DNA of 64,000 bases from Lama guanicoe (Eukaryota), in contig MU054187.1 of the NCBI GenBank assembly GCA_013239625.1, positions 21,703,280 to 21,767,279 of the forward strand, written 5' to 3'. The notes beneath the pieces were generated by a model. The model ran no database searches. It worked only from the letters and a program-made list of their open reading frames with translations, and was not told the origin of the DNA. Below, piece by piece: positions 38,248 through 48,780 of this stretch; the first letter of the stretch is position 1; every line of letters begins with the position of its first letter. A program made the position numbers and the translations under genes.

Positions 38248-39273
38248 GTAAGTAGTTAAAAAATTTTAATAACCATCTTACACATCAATAATGCTTTTCT
38301 AGAATTTATAAGTGGCACATGATTTAAAAGAACTGAAGAACCTATATATTTTTTAACTGCTTAATATACTATGATGATTCATGAAAAGTCTCCCTTAATA
38401 CTCTATAGTAAATCATAGGCATGCTTCAGATTTTTCCTTGCCTGCATTCTGAGGAAAAAGAATTCGTAAGGGGATAGTTACCATCTTCACTGAATAAACT
38501 TCTAAACTGTTGGCACACTAGCCCTTTTTATGCCTGGAGAACTCGGCCAAGAAGAGTAGAACAGTGTATCTAAGTCAACAGGTAATCTGAAAACGTAAGT
38601 TTTGTAAATATCCCCACTGTGGCCAATTTCAAGCTGCCAATGTGAAGTCACTATTACTAATGTTAGCTTTGTCATCATCTGCTCTGAAATAATTCTGAAA
38701 AATCAACTAGCTACAATACTGTAGTTACTTTAATAATTACTCTCGGGGCCTCCAAGACTCTGAATCCGTATGTTCTTGGATTCAGAGTCCTAGTTCCTGA
38801 CAAATACATAATAGCTGAGACCCAGGAAGTGGCAGCTGCTAAATTAGCAAATGGTACGGCAACCACCTCGAGTTTATTAAACACTTCTGTAAACGCAGAG
38901 AATTTCAGCATATTTATTTTTATGTTTAGTTCCTTTCTGTTTTCAAAGTGATAGCTCACTTAGCAGATCAGAGAAAATACTTTGACCAGTGTTTCTGAAT
39001 CTTAAATTTTAGTAACAAGTTCAACCACTAAAAAGCTTAACCTTTATTTCTCAAGCTAATGCAATCAGTGCATAGAATGTCTTTAAGCAAGAATCATTTA
39101 AAATATACACAAAATACCATGACTACAATGCAGTCATAATTTGACTATCACTTTTCCTGTGTATTTTTAAAAGCGCCTGTACAACATGGGTAACGTATTT
39201 TGTACTTTATGCCAGTCATCTTTGCCTGTATGTAGAAACCATCTTTAACACTGAATTTGTTTCTCGCTTGCAG

Positions 39274-39383
39274 TGTTTCCGCTCTTACGGCTTTCTCCGA
39301 CCCCGGCCGATGACTACAACTTTAATTTAGATGATAATGAAGGAGTTTGTGATCTGTTTGACGTCCAGATACTAAATTATTAG
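39274..39383 (+). CDS. E2F5: E2F5 exon 8 ([36 protein letters not shown])
   Basis: gcag|TG; pocket-protein-binding motif [20 protein letters not shown] at 39381-39383. Confidence 0.97.
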
Positions 39384-40030
39384 ATTCCATGGAAACTTGG
39401 GACTATTATCTACCTCTAACTGTGTAACATTTTAGACTTCTTAATAACCTAAGTATTTAAAATAATGAATGTAACTCCTTTTTAGTTCACTGATTCTGAC
39501 GTGTTCTTCCCTAATACTTTCTTTTTTTACTTCACAAAACTTCAACCATAAAAACAAAGGGCTCTGATTGCTTCAGGGGAAAAAGTGATTGCCTAGCCAC
39601 CAACCCCCACCTTCAAAGTCATTACATTCTAGAATTTCAACTTTTCTTCCAATTCTGAATCCTTCTGTTTTTTCCTCATATGAGAGGAAAGTTAAAGTAG
39701 ACTTAAGGTCATCAAAAAAAAAAAAAAGTTGGCCAAGGGCTCATCATTTGTCTGTCTTATATTTTTACTGCCAAGAGTCTGTCCACATTTCTGTGTGTCC
39801 TCCAAACCAAACAGACATTCACTGCCACTTATAAAGTGAAGGGTGTAAACTAGGATATATTAACTGTTTCAGTGAACAGATTTTGTGAAGTGCCTTCTGT
39901 TTTAGCACTTTAAGTTTTTCACATTTTGTTGACTTCTGACATTCCACTTTCCTAGATTATAGGAAAGAGCCTGTTTATGTAGTTTGTTTGGAAAATGTGC
40001 CAATGCCTGTACATTAACAAGATTTTAAAA

Positions 40031-40036
40031 AATAAA
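40031..40036 (+). terminator. E2F5: E2F5 poly(A) signal AATAAA
   Basis: AATAAA about 650 nt after the stop, preceded by a TGTA motif. Confidence 0.75.
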
Positions 40037-40054
40037 ATTGTATGAAACATTTAA

Positions 40055-40060
40055 TTTATT
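40055..40060 (-). terminator. RBIS: RBIS poly(A) signal AATAAA (tttatt on +)
   Basis: 35 nt downstream of the RBIS stop on the minus strand. Confidence 0.7.
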
Positions 40061-40095
40061 GGTCTATTTGGGGAATTTACTGCATGACTGGTGTA

Positions 40096-40167
40096 TTACA
40101 GCTGAGCCATTAATCTTGTAGCTTCATCAACGTTAACTGGTTTGTCTTCGCGACGCTGCTCAGGAAT
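40096..40167 (-). CDS. RBIS: RBIS last coding exon (IPEQRREDKPVNVDEATRLMAQL*)
   Basis: Minus strand ctctctccag|ATT ... TAA; matches the recalled C8orf59/RBIS C-terminus. Confidence 0.93.
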   Translation of the reverse strand: MPEQRREDKPVNVDEATRLMAQL

Positions 40168-40446
40168 CTGGAGAGAGAAAATTATACTTGAAAATTTAGA
40201 TAACAATAGCGAACAAAAATGACATACACTCTGTTACTCAATTTAACTTTTTCTAGTCATACATTTGGAAATAGGACAATAAATTCTCATATTTAGACTC
40301 AATGTTTTAAGAGTCTGAATATGGTGTACGTACTACAGAACCAAGTACTAAACGTTACATTCCACTTACAGGCTTTGAAAATTTGGAGTTTAATTTACGA
40401 GCCTTCAATTTATTAGCTGTAACAAAAGGAAATGATTTCTACTCAC

Positions 40447-40563
40447 CAGCTGTTTCTGCAGAGGTTCAAGGCAAAGGCCTCTTGAGAAATGTGCAAGTTC
40501 CTTTTGTATATCTATAAAGGCTTTGTTCATTCTGTTCACTTTTTCATCATTCACAATCTTTAT
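40447..40563 (-). CDS. RBIS: RBIS middle coding exon (IKIVNDEKVNRMNKAFIDIQKELAHFSRGLCLEPLQKQL)
   Basis: Minus strand aaag|ATA ... CTG|gtgagt, 117 nt. Confidence 0.93.
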
Positions 40564-40999
40564 CTTTTAAAAAAAGAAAGAGCATTAATTCATGATCTCA
40601 TAACCATTAAGGATGAAATACAGGCAACCTTAATTTCATCTTGTTAAACCCCTAAATCTAAAAACTCTGAGCAACCTACCAATTTGTGGGGATAATTCAC
40701 ACGAAAACTCTTATCATCTTATTGGTAAATGTTAGCCAAAAGGTTCTGGGTTTTTAAAGTGAAAATTATGTGGGTGTACTTTGTACCTTGACTTTCCTGG
40801 TGTAAGCAGGCCAAAATATGTGACCACAATCTTTTTAGGCTCTGGCGCTATCACTTCACATTGTAAAATGAGGAACCTGGATTGAATGTTTCCAGCATCC
40901 TTCTGACAGTAAGTACATCTCTGAATCCTCCCTTGATGAAAGTCCCTGGTGCTCTGCTGAGGACAACAGCCCTGGTAGCTCCCACCTCTTGAATCTAAA

Positions 41000-42050
41000 A
41001 GGTGGAGGTGATGCTCCCCACTCGTTCCTCACTGCTGCTCCCAAACAGTCCTCCTTCGAAATTCTCAGCTCCTTTGCACCTTAGGCATCAGGACATTCTG
41101 ACACCCCTTTCCTCGTGACTGTCACTACCAAGACCATGACTACTTGCTCCTTCATGAAAGACCTCGATCCTTGGCTCTCTGACCTCTCTCATGCCTGTTT
41201 AGTGGCTTCAACAAAAATCTAATCCTATGGCTTCTTGATCTCTTCTGGTCCTCATCTCCAGGGGTCCTGTCCACTACCCACCCCAGCCATCCACTCCCAC
41301 GCATCATCTTAGGCTGTGTCATCACCTGTCACCACACCACATCCTATCCTTCTGGTTCACTCCGTTTAACAATTCTTAAATCTCACTGAAACCTTTTCCT
41401 GCCAAGTTCACTACTTTTCCCATTTTCATACCCTTTTTCCTTTAGCACAGATTCCATGACCACTAACCCATCACTTTACACTTTCTTAACTTGCTTTCTC
41501 TTTTCCCTCAATCAGACTTGCTTGGTGACCTAGTTAATCTCAACTGTCAGCCTTTTCTGACCCTAAAACTGAAGCTGTAGAAAATCATAACTGGCTGACA
41601 GGCTTCGCTTTAAATTCATGACCTCCAACTTCAACTGACCATTTAGTTCACGCCTGGCAATCTTATGACCTCCCCCTCGTAATTAAGTTTCTCTACTTTC
41701 TGTGAAAACAATTCACTACTTTCTCCAACCAAGCTGCCTACCCACTTATCTTTTCCCGTAGCATACAGAAAGCTTCTAGGAGTTCCTATCTAAACAAAAT
41801 CATCTTCCTCAAACATGCCAAGCTTTTCCCTAGCTTGGGGCCTCTGCACTTGCTCTCTTTCTGCCCAGAATGCTGCTCCCAACACTTCCCAGCTCTCTGC
41901 ATCACTAGCTCCTTATCACTCAGGTCTTGGCTTCAATGTCAACCTTGAAGACAATTCTACGTAAAACTGTCACCTTCAAACTCCTGTCGTATCACCCAGC
42001 TTTATATCCTTTATAGCATTTCCAAAAGTCACAAAACTGTTCCACTAAAA
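41000..42050 (+). mobile_element. L2 fragments in an RBIS intron
   Basis: Pyrimidine-rich L2-like motifs (gggcctctgcacttgctc...tgcccagaatgctgctccc). Confidence 0.5.
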
Positions 42051-42646
42051 CACTTAAAATACTTCTGTGGGCAACTATGATAATTACTTGAGTCCTGGAG
42101 AGCTGACCCTCCCTACTACTTAAACTTGAAAACATTTTCTTGAATAATCATCTTAAACGATCTGCCTAATGTTGAAGGAATTCCCCATTCCAGATATTTT
42201 GAAATAAGGAAGATGAAGCAACTCCTTTCTTTTTCAAGTTTTGCACTTTAAGAAACAAAATATCTTCTATTTATAGGTTTTTGTTTGAGTCCTGGATATT
42301 TTCAGAGAAAATCTCTGTATCTTGGCTTCTGTTAAGAGGTTCTTGAAAATATCTGACTTCAGAAATAACTGTTTTCAAAGATAACTTTATGATTTCTGTG
42401 CTCTAAGGAAGCTATTAAAACTGGTATTTGAAGCTTCACACATTTGCAGTTAAAATGCTCTTTTTGCACATCTGGATTCAAGAAAGGGAGGTTATTCTTC
42501 CTCATTTTTAAAAAAACATTTAAAATCATCTTGCCTTCGTAGGAAAGGCTAAGATACCTGTTTTAAATAACATTCAGTTTTTGAGTGGCTCTACAAGCGT
42601 GCTTTGCTTGTAAACAATAAAGGGAGAGTGCGTAACTGATACTCAC

Positions 42647-42760
42647 CTTCTTAAGATTAGTGGTAACTGGTTTTGCTTTATTTTTAACCTTAAAGCCTTT
42701 TTGGCTGGCTATGTGGAATACATTCCTGGACTTCTGCCCTCTTAGTTTGTTCTTGGCCAT
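42647..42760 (-). CDS. RBIS: RBIS first coding exon (MAKNKLRGQKSRNVFHIASQKGFKVKNKAKPVTTNLKK), ribosomal biogenesis factor, 100 aa in total
   Basis: Minus strand cctag|acaATGGCC ... AAG|gtgagt; 38+39+23 = 100 aa. Confidence 0.95.
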
Positions 42761-43759
42761 TGTCTAGGAAAGAAAGAAGAGGAGCTCCATTAAGCTGCCC
42801 ACATTTCTGAACTGTAAACTAATTTAAGTTTTTCAAGTAAAAGTAAGAAATCTAAGAAACTCCATCTTACTCTTGGTTCTTCTTGAAGTTGCTGCTTATG
42901 TTAAAATTATTTCCATGCTTTGGGCCCCTACCAGATTTTCTGTTTGAGTGCAGAGCGTGTGTCTAATTCTCTACATCTCCAGCACTTGGCCCACAGGAGG
43001 CTCCACATGAATTTCTGCTGGTTGAATTCATTAATTAATATTATCAGCACAGTAATTGTTTTTGCTGCTCTCTGCAGCATCTGACAATGCTAACCATCAC
43101 CATCCAACCTTCTCTGGTTCACATACTGCCAATCTGCTCTATTTCATATTCTAGGACCAACTCCTGTCTCCTTCCTTCCTTTCACCCCTTTTTACTCCTA
43201 TGTGCACCTTCTCCAAATCAGTCCTTAATCTTGCACTTCCCTTCCCAAAGTACTTCCACAACATCCGTATCACCTCTGTGTGAATGGCTCTTGCCTGAGA
43301 ACTTTCTATTCTCTCTGTTCTACAGCTAAACACACTACGCCTGTACATTCCACCCTAGGGACATCTCTCCCACTTGTCTTTAACAATGCATGTGAGGAAC
43401 AATTTTAAAAAATTAAGATTTATTGAGCTTTTACTATTTGTACTTTGTACAAGCACTATGCTAATTAACATTTTATGTGCTTTAATTTACTCTTTACAAC
43501 AACACTTTGTGGGAGGTACTGTTTTATCCTCATTTTGCAGATAAAAACAAAAATGATGCAAAGAGAAGTTAATATGCCCATTGTCACACTGTCAGTAATC
43601 AGGGAATGCCAAGATTCAAAGCCAGGCGGACTGGATCCAGAGCTCTCATTCTGTGATATGGCCTCTCATATAGAAATAAAAATGCAATACCGAAACATGA
43701 TTTAGTACTGCCTAGTTCAGGGCTGCGTTACTGCTGTAATCCCTATATGTATTTGGTTA

Positions 43760-43960
43760 GACTATGGGTTGGAACAAATTATACCCATGGACCAAATCAG
43801 GTCAGGGACCTGTCTTTGTAAATGAAGTTTTTAAATAGAACACAGCTATGTCCATTTGGTTATGTATTGTCTGTGGCTGCCTTCCTGCTACAACTGCGCC
43901 CTGCAAAGCCTAAAATATTTACTATTTGGCCCTTTACAGAAAGATTGTCAATCCCCGACT
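43760..43960. mobile_element. MER58A-like hAT-Charlie element
   Basis: tgtctttgtaaatgaagttttt..tagaacacagc ... gcaaagcctaaaatatttactatttggccctttacagaaa. Confidence 0.8.
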
Positions 43961-44599
43961 TGAGCCGTATGCATTCAAGTTTATCCTGCATAGTGTCACG
44001 TAATGAACCATCCCACTGTTAAAATCCTTCAATGGTTCTTCCAACGCACAAGGAACAATATGCTTTACCCTGGCATATTGCTAGAAGTCTGACCCTAGCA
44101 TAAATCTATCAAATGTATCTCCTGCTCGTTCTCTTTACCCACCTGGCCTAGTGAACTCATAGCTCTCTGAAGACACCCTGCGCATTCTTCCTTTCTTTCC
44201 TTTGCTCACATTGTACCTCTTGACTGAAATTTATATCCTTCAAAGTCTAGCCTCAGGAAATTGCTCAACAGAGACAGCAACGCTTCTGAACCCCAAAAGC
44301 ACTCCGAATTAGTGAACACAATAGAAAACACATTATTAAATAAGATACACATAAGTCAAATTAAATAATCTAAAATCCTTCCAATAAGTAACCAAAATGC
44401 GATCATTCATACACCATTCATTAAGCAATTACTATGTGTCAAATGTGACAGAGGACAGACACGTACGTGGGAAACTTACAAACACAAGACGTAATAACAG
44501 GTGCTGTTATAGGCCGCATACAGGTGAGGTCACAAAAGGGAAGGAGCCAACAGAGCTGGAGCCAACGTGAGGAAGGTTCGTGGAGGTGAAACCTAGCCA

Positions 44600-45500
44600 G
44601 GGGGATAAGGGTTTTCTTGCACAACCGCGTGGAAACTGGCGACAACAGAACAACCAAAGACGGGGACCCTGCGAGCTAAAGGCCTAACAGGCACCGGGGT
44701 TCGGAGCCTGGGCCAGCGGGCCTGCGGCCGACTGAGCTGCCTGCGAGACGGGACCGAGCCTACGGACAGCAGCGGCCCACGGCCCGCCAATCCCGTCCCA
44801 ACCCCCGACACTTCACGCCAGCCCTACGGAAAATTTCTTTATTAACCTCTCACCAGACCTCGGCTATCCTCGCGCAGCTGCTCACGCTCCAGGTGACGCC
44901 ACTTGCACGCTCAGGATCCAGGAAGTTCCGGGAGGAGGGAGCCAGTCAAGGGTTCCGTCCACCGGAGACGCCCCGCCCACAGGGCGGAGTCCCACCTTGC
45001 AGCTCGGGCCATAGCGATAAGCCCCGCCCACCGCTGTAGCCCCACCCACTGAGCGAAGTCCTACTTTCCCAGCACAAGCCAGTACGCGGAGCAAAGCCCC
45101 GCCCACAGAACGTCGTTCCGCCCACGGGCTGGTTGCCACCCACCTAACGTACTCCCGCCCGCAAAAGCGACGCAGCCGCGGAGCATCCTCTCCTGAACAC
45201 TGCGAAGCCCCGCCCAGAGAGAGAAGTCCCACCCACCGTGGGAAGTCCCGCCCCGTTGGCATCCCTTGCCTTTCTCTGGGTCGAGGACCTGTCCTCGGCT
45301 GAGGCGTTAACGACGCAGCTAAGTCTCGAATTCCTCGGGTGGGTACGTGGACTGAAACCGCCGAGGTGTCTGAGCCATCTGAGCCACGAAGACCGTAACC
45401 CTCGTGGTCGGTCCTCAGCCGCTTTCTGCTGGCTGGCTGGGCCCACGCTCCCAGGAGGTGGCGCTGCGCACCTCTGGATGGCGTCTGGGTGGAAAGAAGT
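44600..45500 (-). promoter_or_regulatory. RBIS: RBIS CpG-island promoter with a GC-box array
   Basis: CpG-rich, multiple GCCCCGCCC / CCCACCC boxes, ETS motifs. Confidence 0.85.
44854..44920 (-). other. RBIS: Probable RBIS non-coding exon 1
   Basis: Minus-strand donor GGTCTG|gtgaga inside the CpG island, with an ETS pair caggaagttccgg at 44919-44931 just upstream. The 5' end is approximate. Confidence 0.6.
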
Positions 45501-46659
45501 GTCTGAAAATGGTCTACAGCTATATTCTCCAACGGGAAAATTTGTAATGAGCGGGAATCGAAATGCTTTCCTCACTGAAGTTTCCTTGCTTCAAAAAAAG
45601 AGTTTCTGACAGCACAGCAGAGACACAAGAAAATATAAGACTGTTGTAAAACAAGAATCAGGGAACTTAGAAAATCTTAGAAGAAGCATTTTTGCCTTTT
45701 GGTCGTATGTCTGTGTGTATTTCCCAATTGAGGCGTTCTGGGTTGAGTTTTCCAGAAAATTGACTCATTTCTTCCAAGAGGAGCTCTCCAGTAAGGTAAC
45801 AATTTTCACACGTTCTCTGCTTATTTTGTTAAGGTCACAGAAAAAGACAGCTTTTAAACAAATGTAGGACAGACATTTGTGTAACGTACGTGAGTTCTGC
45901 TCTAAGTATCAAAAAGAAGCCGTAATACCACTTCCATGTTTTAAGTGAGGCTGCCGAGGCTCAGAGTTGAAGCCATTTTCGGGTTTCCACACAACTAGTA
46001 ATTGACAAAACCAAACTAGAATCCGCGAGGACGGGCCCTTGGTCACGTCTTCTTCGTGCCAAATCAGCCACTTGCCTGCTCATAGAAAGATGAACTGCTT
46101 TTACGGTAAATTGTCTTACTGTGTCCATCACACACACACAAATTAGAAACTACATTAAGGAGCGAGGAATTATTACTTGTCAATGTATTTTTATTAAAAT
46201 TCTGTGTCTTTTCCCAAAGACTGACTTTTAAAAACACCTTAAAATCTTGGTGTAGGGGTAAGACCAAAATGACACCCAAATGACAGAAAACCATTAGATT
46301 CTTTCTATAAGGCCAGAGTTATCCACAAACACTGAAGCAAACAAGGCAGGTATTATTATGGTTCCTTGAACGCAAAATTATTGATGTATATGCAGAAGAC
46401 AAAGAGATGCGATGGAATGACATTATAGCGTTTACTAAAACTTATGGGACTAGCCTGAATGTTGAAATGGTGAGTTAGAGATACATACACCAAGGAAATA
46501 ATACGGGTATATAGGCAAGAACAGAGGCGTGACGAGCGATACGAGTGAGGAGGCATGAATTTCTGTTTCACTTCTGTCACCACCTGTGACTGTGGAAAAG
46601 TTACTTCAGTTCTCTGTGCCTCCATTTCTCACACGTAGACGGCCATTCACGATATACCC

Positions 46660-47095
46660 ACTTCAGTGAGCATTCATTATCTGCTCAGCATCCCTTTCTG
46701 GGGAACCACCCATCTCCCTCCAAGTGGTCCTGGTTGAGCTAATAATTACCGTCATTGTCTAAAGATCTTCCAACTAAAGCTAGTGGAGAAACTTGCGTCT
46801 TGCTCTTACTGTCCTCGTGCTGGGAGGATGTGAAGTTGAGGCTGCTGGTTGCCACCTTCTCCAGCAACTTAAGGGAATCCTTCTGCAGTCGGAGAAAATA
46901 AGGGTAACACAGAAGAAAACAGGGCGGAAGAACACAGGACCTTGATGTTATCATTTGAGCCCTTGGATTCAGCCGTAGATGGAAGAAAGGTCCATCCCTT
47001 GACTTCTCAGTTATCCAGACTAAAGCATTGCTTTTTTTGTTGGCTTACACTGTGTTGGGTTATTTTTTAAAACCACTTGTACCTTAAAGAGTCGT
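46660..47095 (+). mobile_element. Old MaLR LTR (MLT1J/K-like)
   Basis: tttgagcccttggattcagccg...cccttgacttctcagtta...cacttgtaccttaaagagtc. Confidence 0.6.
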
Positions 47096-47447
47096 TACGC
47101 TACTCTTGTCCAACCTATGTCACAAGATTATTGTCCAAAGTTAATGAAATACAAAATGTGAAAGTGTAGGGTATCATTAAGACAAAAGAAACACATCAAT
47201 TTTCAAAAAGGCAATTTTCTAATTTTCTATGACCCAAATGAACCATATATGGAAAGGAAAAAATAGCTTCAAGTTTTCTGATCTTTACAAAAAACCTTCA
47301 AGATGAATACAATCATAAAAAAATAAAATCTTGGAGGAAACCTTAGTTTTCCTGTTGAGACCCAGCAAAGCAGAGTTCTCTATACAGATTCAGTCCTCAG
47401 AGAACTGTCTTGGAAGGATAAAGTGTTGCATTTAATTATTGTGCCTT

Positions 47448-48780
47448 TTTTTCCTTCCAGTTTATTGAGATGTGTCGGACATTATGGCACTGTGTAAGTC
47501 TAAGGTGTATGGCAAAATGATTTTACTGACATAGATCATGAAATGATTACCATAATAAGTCTAATGAGCGTCTGTCATTTCATATAGATACAAAGTAAAG
47601 GAAAATAAAAAACCTTTTTCCATGATGAGAACTCAAGATTCACTCTTTTAACAACTCTGATATATAACATAAGCAGTGTTCATTATGTTAATTGAGTTAT
47701 AGAGTACATCCCTACTGTTTATTTATTTTATAACTGAAAGTGTATACCTTTTAAGTTGCCTTCATCCAGTTTCCCTTTCCCCCACCTTGCCTCTGGTAAC
47801 CATCAACCTGGTCACTTTTTCTGTAAGTTTGTTTGTTTATTGAAGTATAATTGACGTATGACACTATTTCTTGGTGCACAACATAGTGAGTCAAGATTAG
47901 TTTGATGTCGTTCCATTTGCTTATTTTTGCTTTTGTATCCCTTGCCTGACGAGACAAATCCAAAATAATATTTCTAAGACCCATGTCAAAGGGTGTACTG
48001 CTTATGCTTTTTTCTAGGAGTTTTATGGTTTCAGGTTTTACATTTAAGTCTTTAATCTAATGTAACATTATTTTTGTATATAGTGTGGGAAAGGGGTCCT
48101 GTATAATTCTTCTGCATGTAGCTGTCTAGTTTTCCCAACACCATTTATTGAGGAGGTTACCTTTTCCTTCTTACATATTCTTACATTCTCTGTTGTGGAT
48201 TAATTGCCCATATAAGTGTGGGTTTAATTCTGAGCTCTCTATTCTGTCCCATTGATCTGTGTCTGTTTTTGTGCCAGTACCATACTGTTTTGATTACTGT
48301 AGCTTTGTAGTATAGTTTGAAATCAGTGCATGTGATACCTTCAGCCTTGTTCTTTCTCAAGATTGTTTTGAGTATTTGGGGTCTTTTGTGTTTCCATGCA
48401 AATTTTATAAATATGTGTTCTAGTTCTGTGAAAAATGTCATTGGTATTTTGATAAGGATTGCATTGAATCTACATATTTCCTTGGTTACTGGGGTCATTT
48501 TCATAATATTAATTCTTCCAATCTGTGAGTGTGGTATATCTTTCCATTTGTCTCTGTCATCTTCAATTTCTCTCACCAGTGTCTTAGAGTTTTCCAACTA
48601 TAGATCTTTTATCTTTTTAATTAGATTTGTCCCTAAATATTTGCTTCTTTTTGATGCAATTGTAAATGGGACTTTTTTTTTCACTTCTCTTTCAATAATT
48701 CGTTGTTAGTGTATAGAAAGAAATGCAACGGATTTCTGTATATTAGTTTTGTATCCTGCAATTTTGCTGAATTTATTGGT
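47448..48780 (-). mobile_element. LINE-1 (L1MA-like 3' end plus ORF2 C-terminal fragment)
   Basis: ORF 48181-48597 reads [15 protein letters not shown]...[17 protein letters not shown]...[21 protein letters not shown], a classic L1 ORF2 segment. Confidence 0.92.

Noticed and set aside
44952..45255. CRISPR-like repeat-spacer appearance
   Set aside because: The repeats are about 11 nt and degenerate, the spacers 7-8 nt, there are no cas genes, and the context is a mammalian promoter.
44882..45609. 216-aa and other ORFs with repeated VGG motifs
   Set aside because: A translation shadow of the GC-box array in a promoter, with no recognisable protein family.
48181..48597. 138-aa ORF as a host gene
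   Set aside because: It is an L1 ORF2 fragment in a truncated, degraded element.
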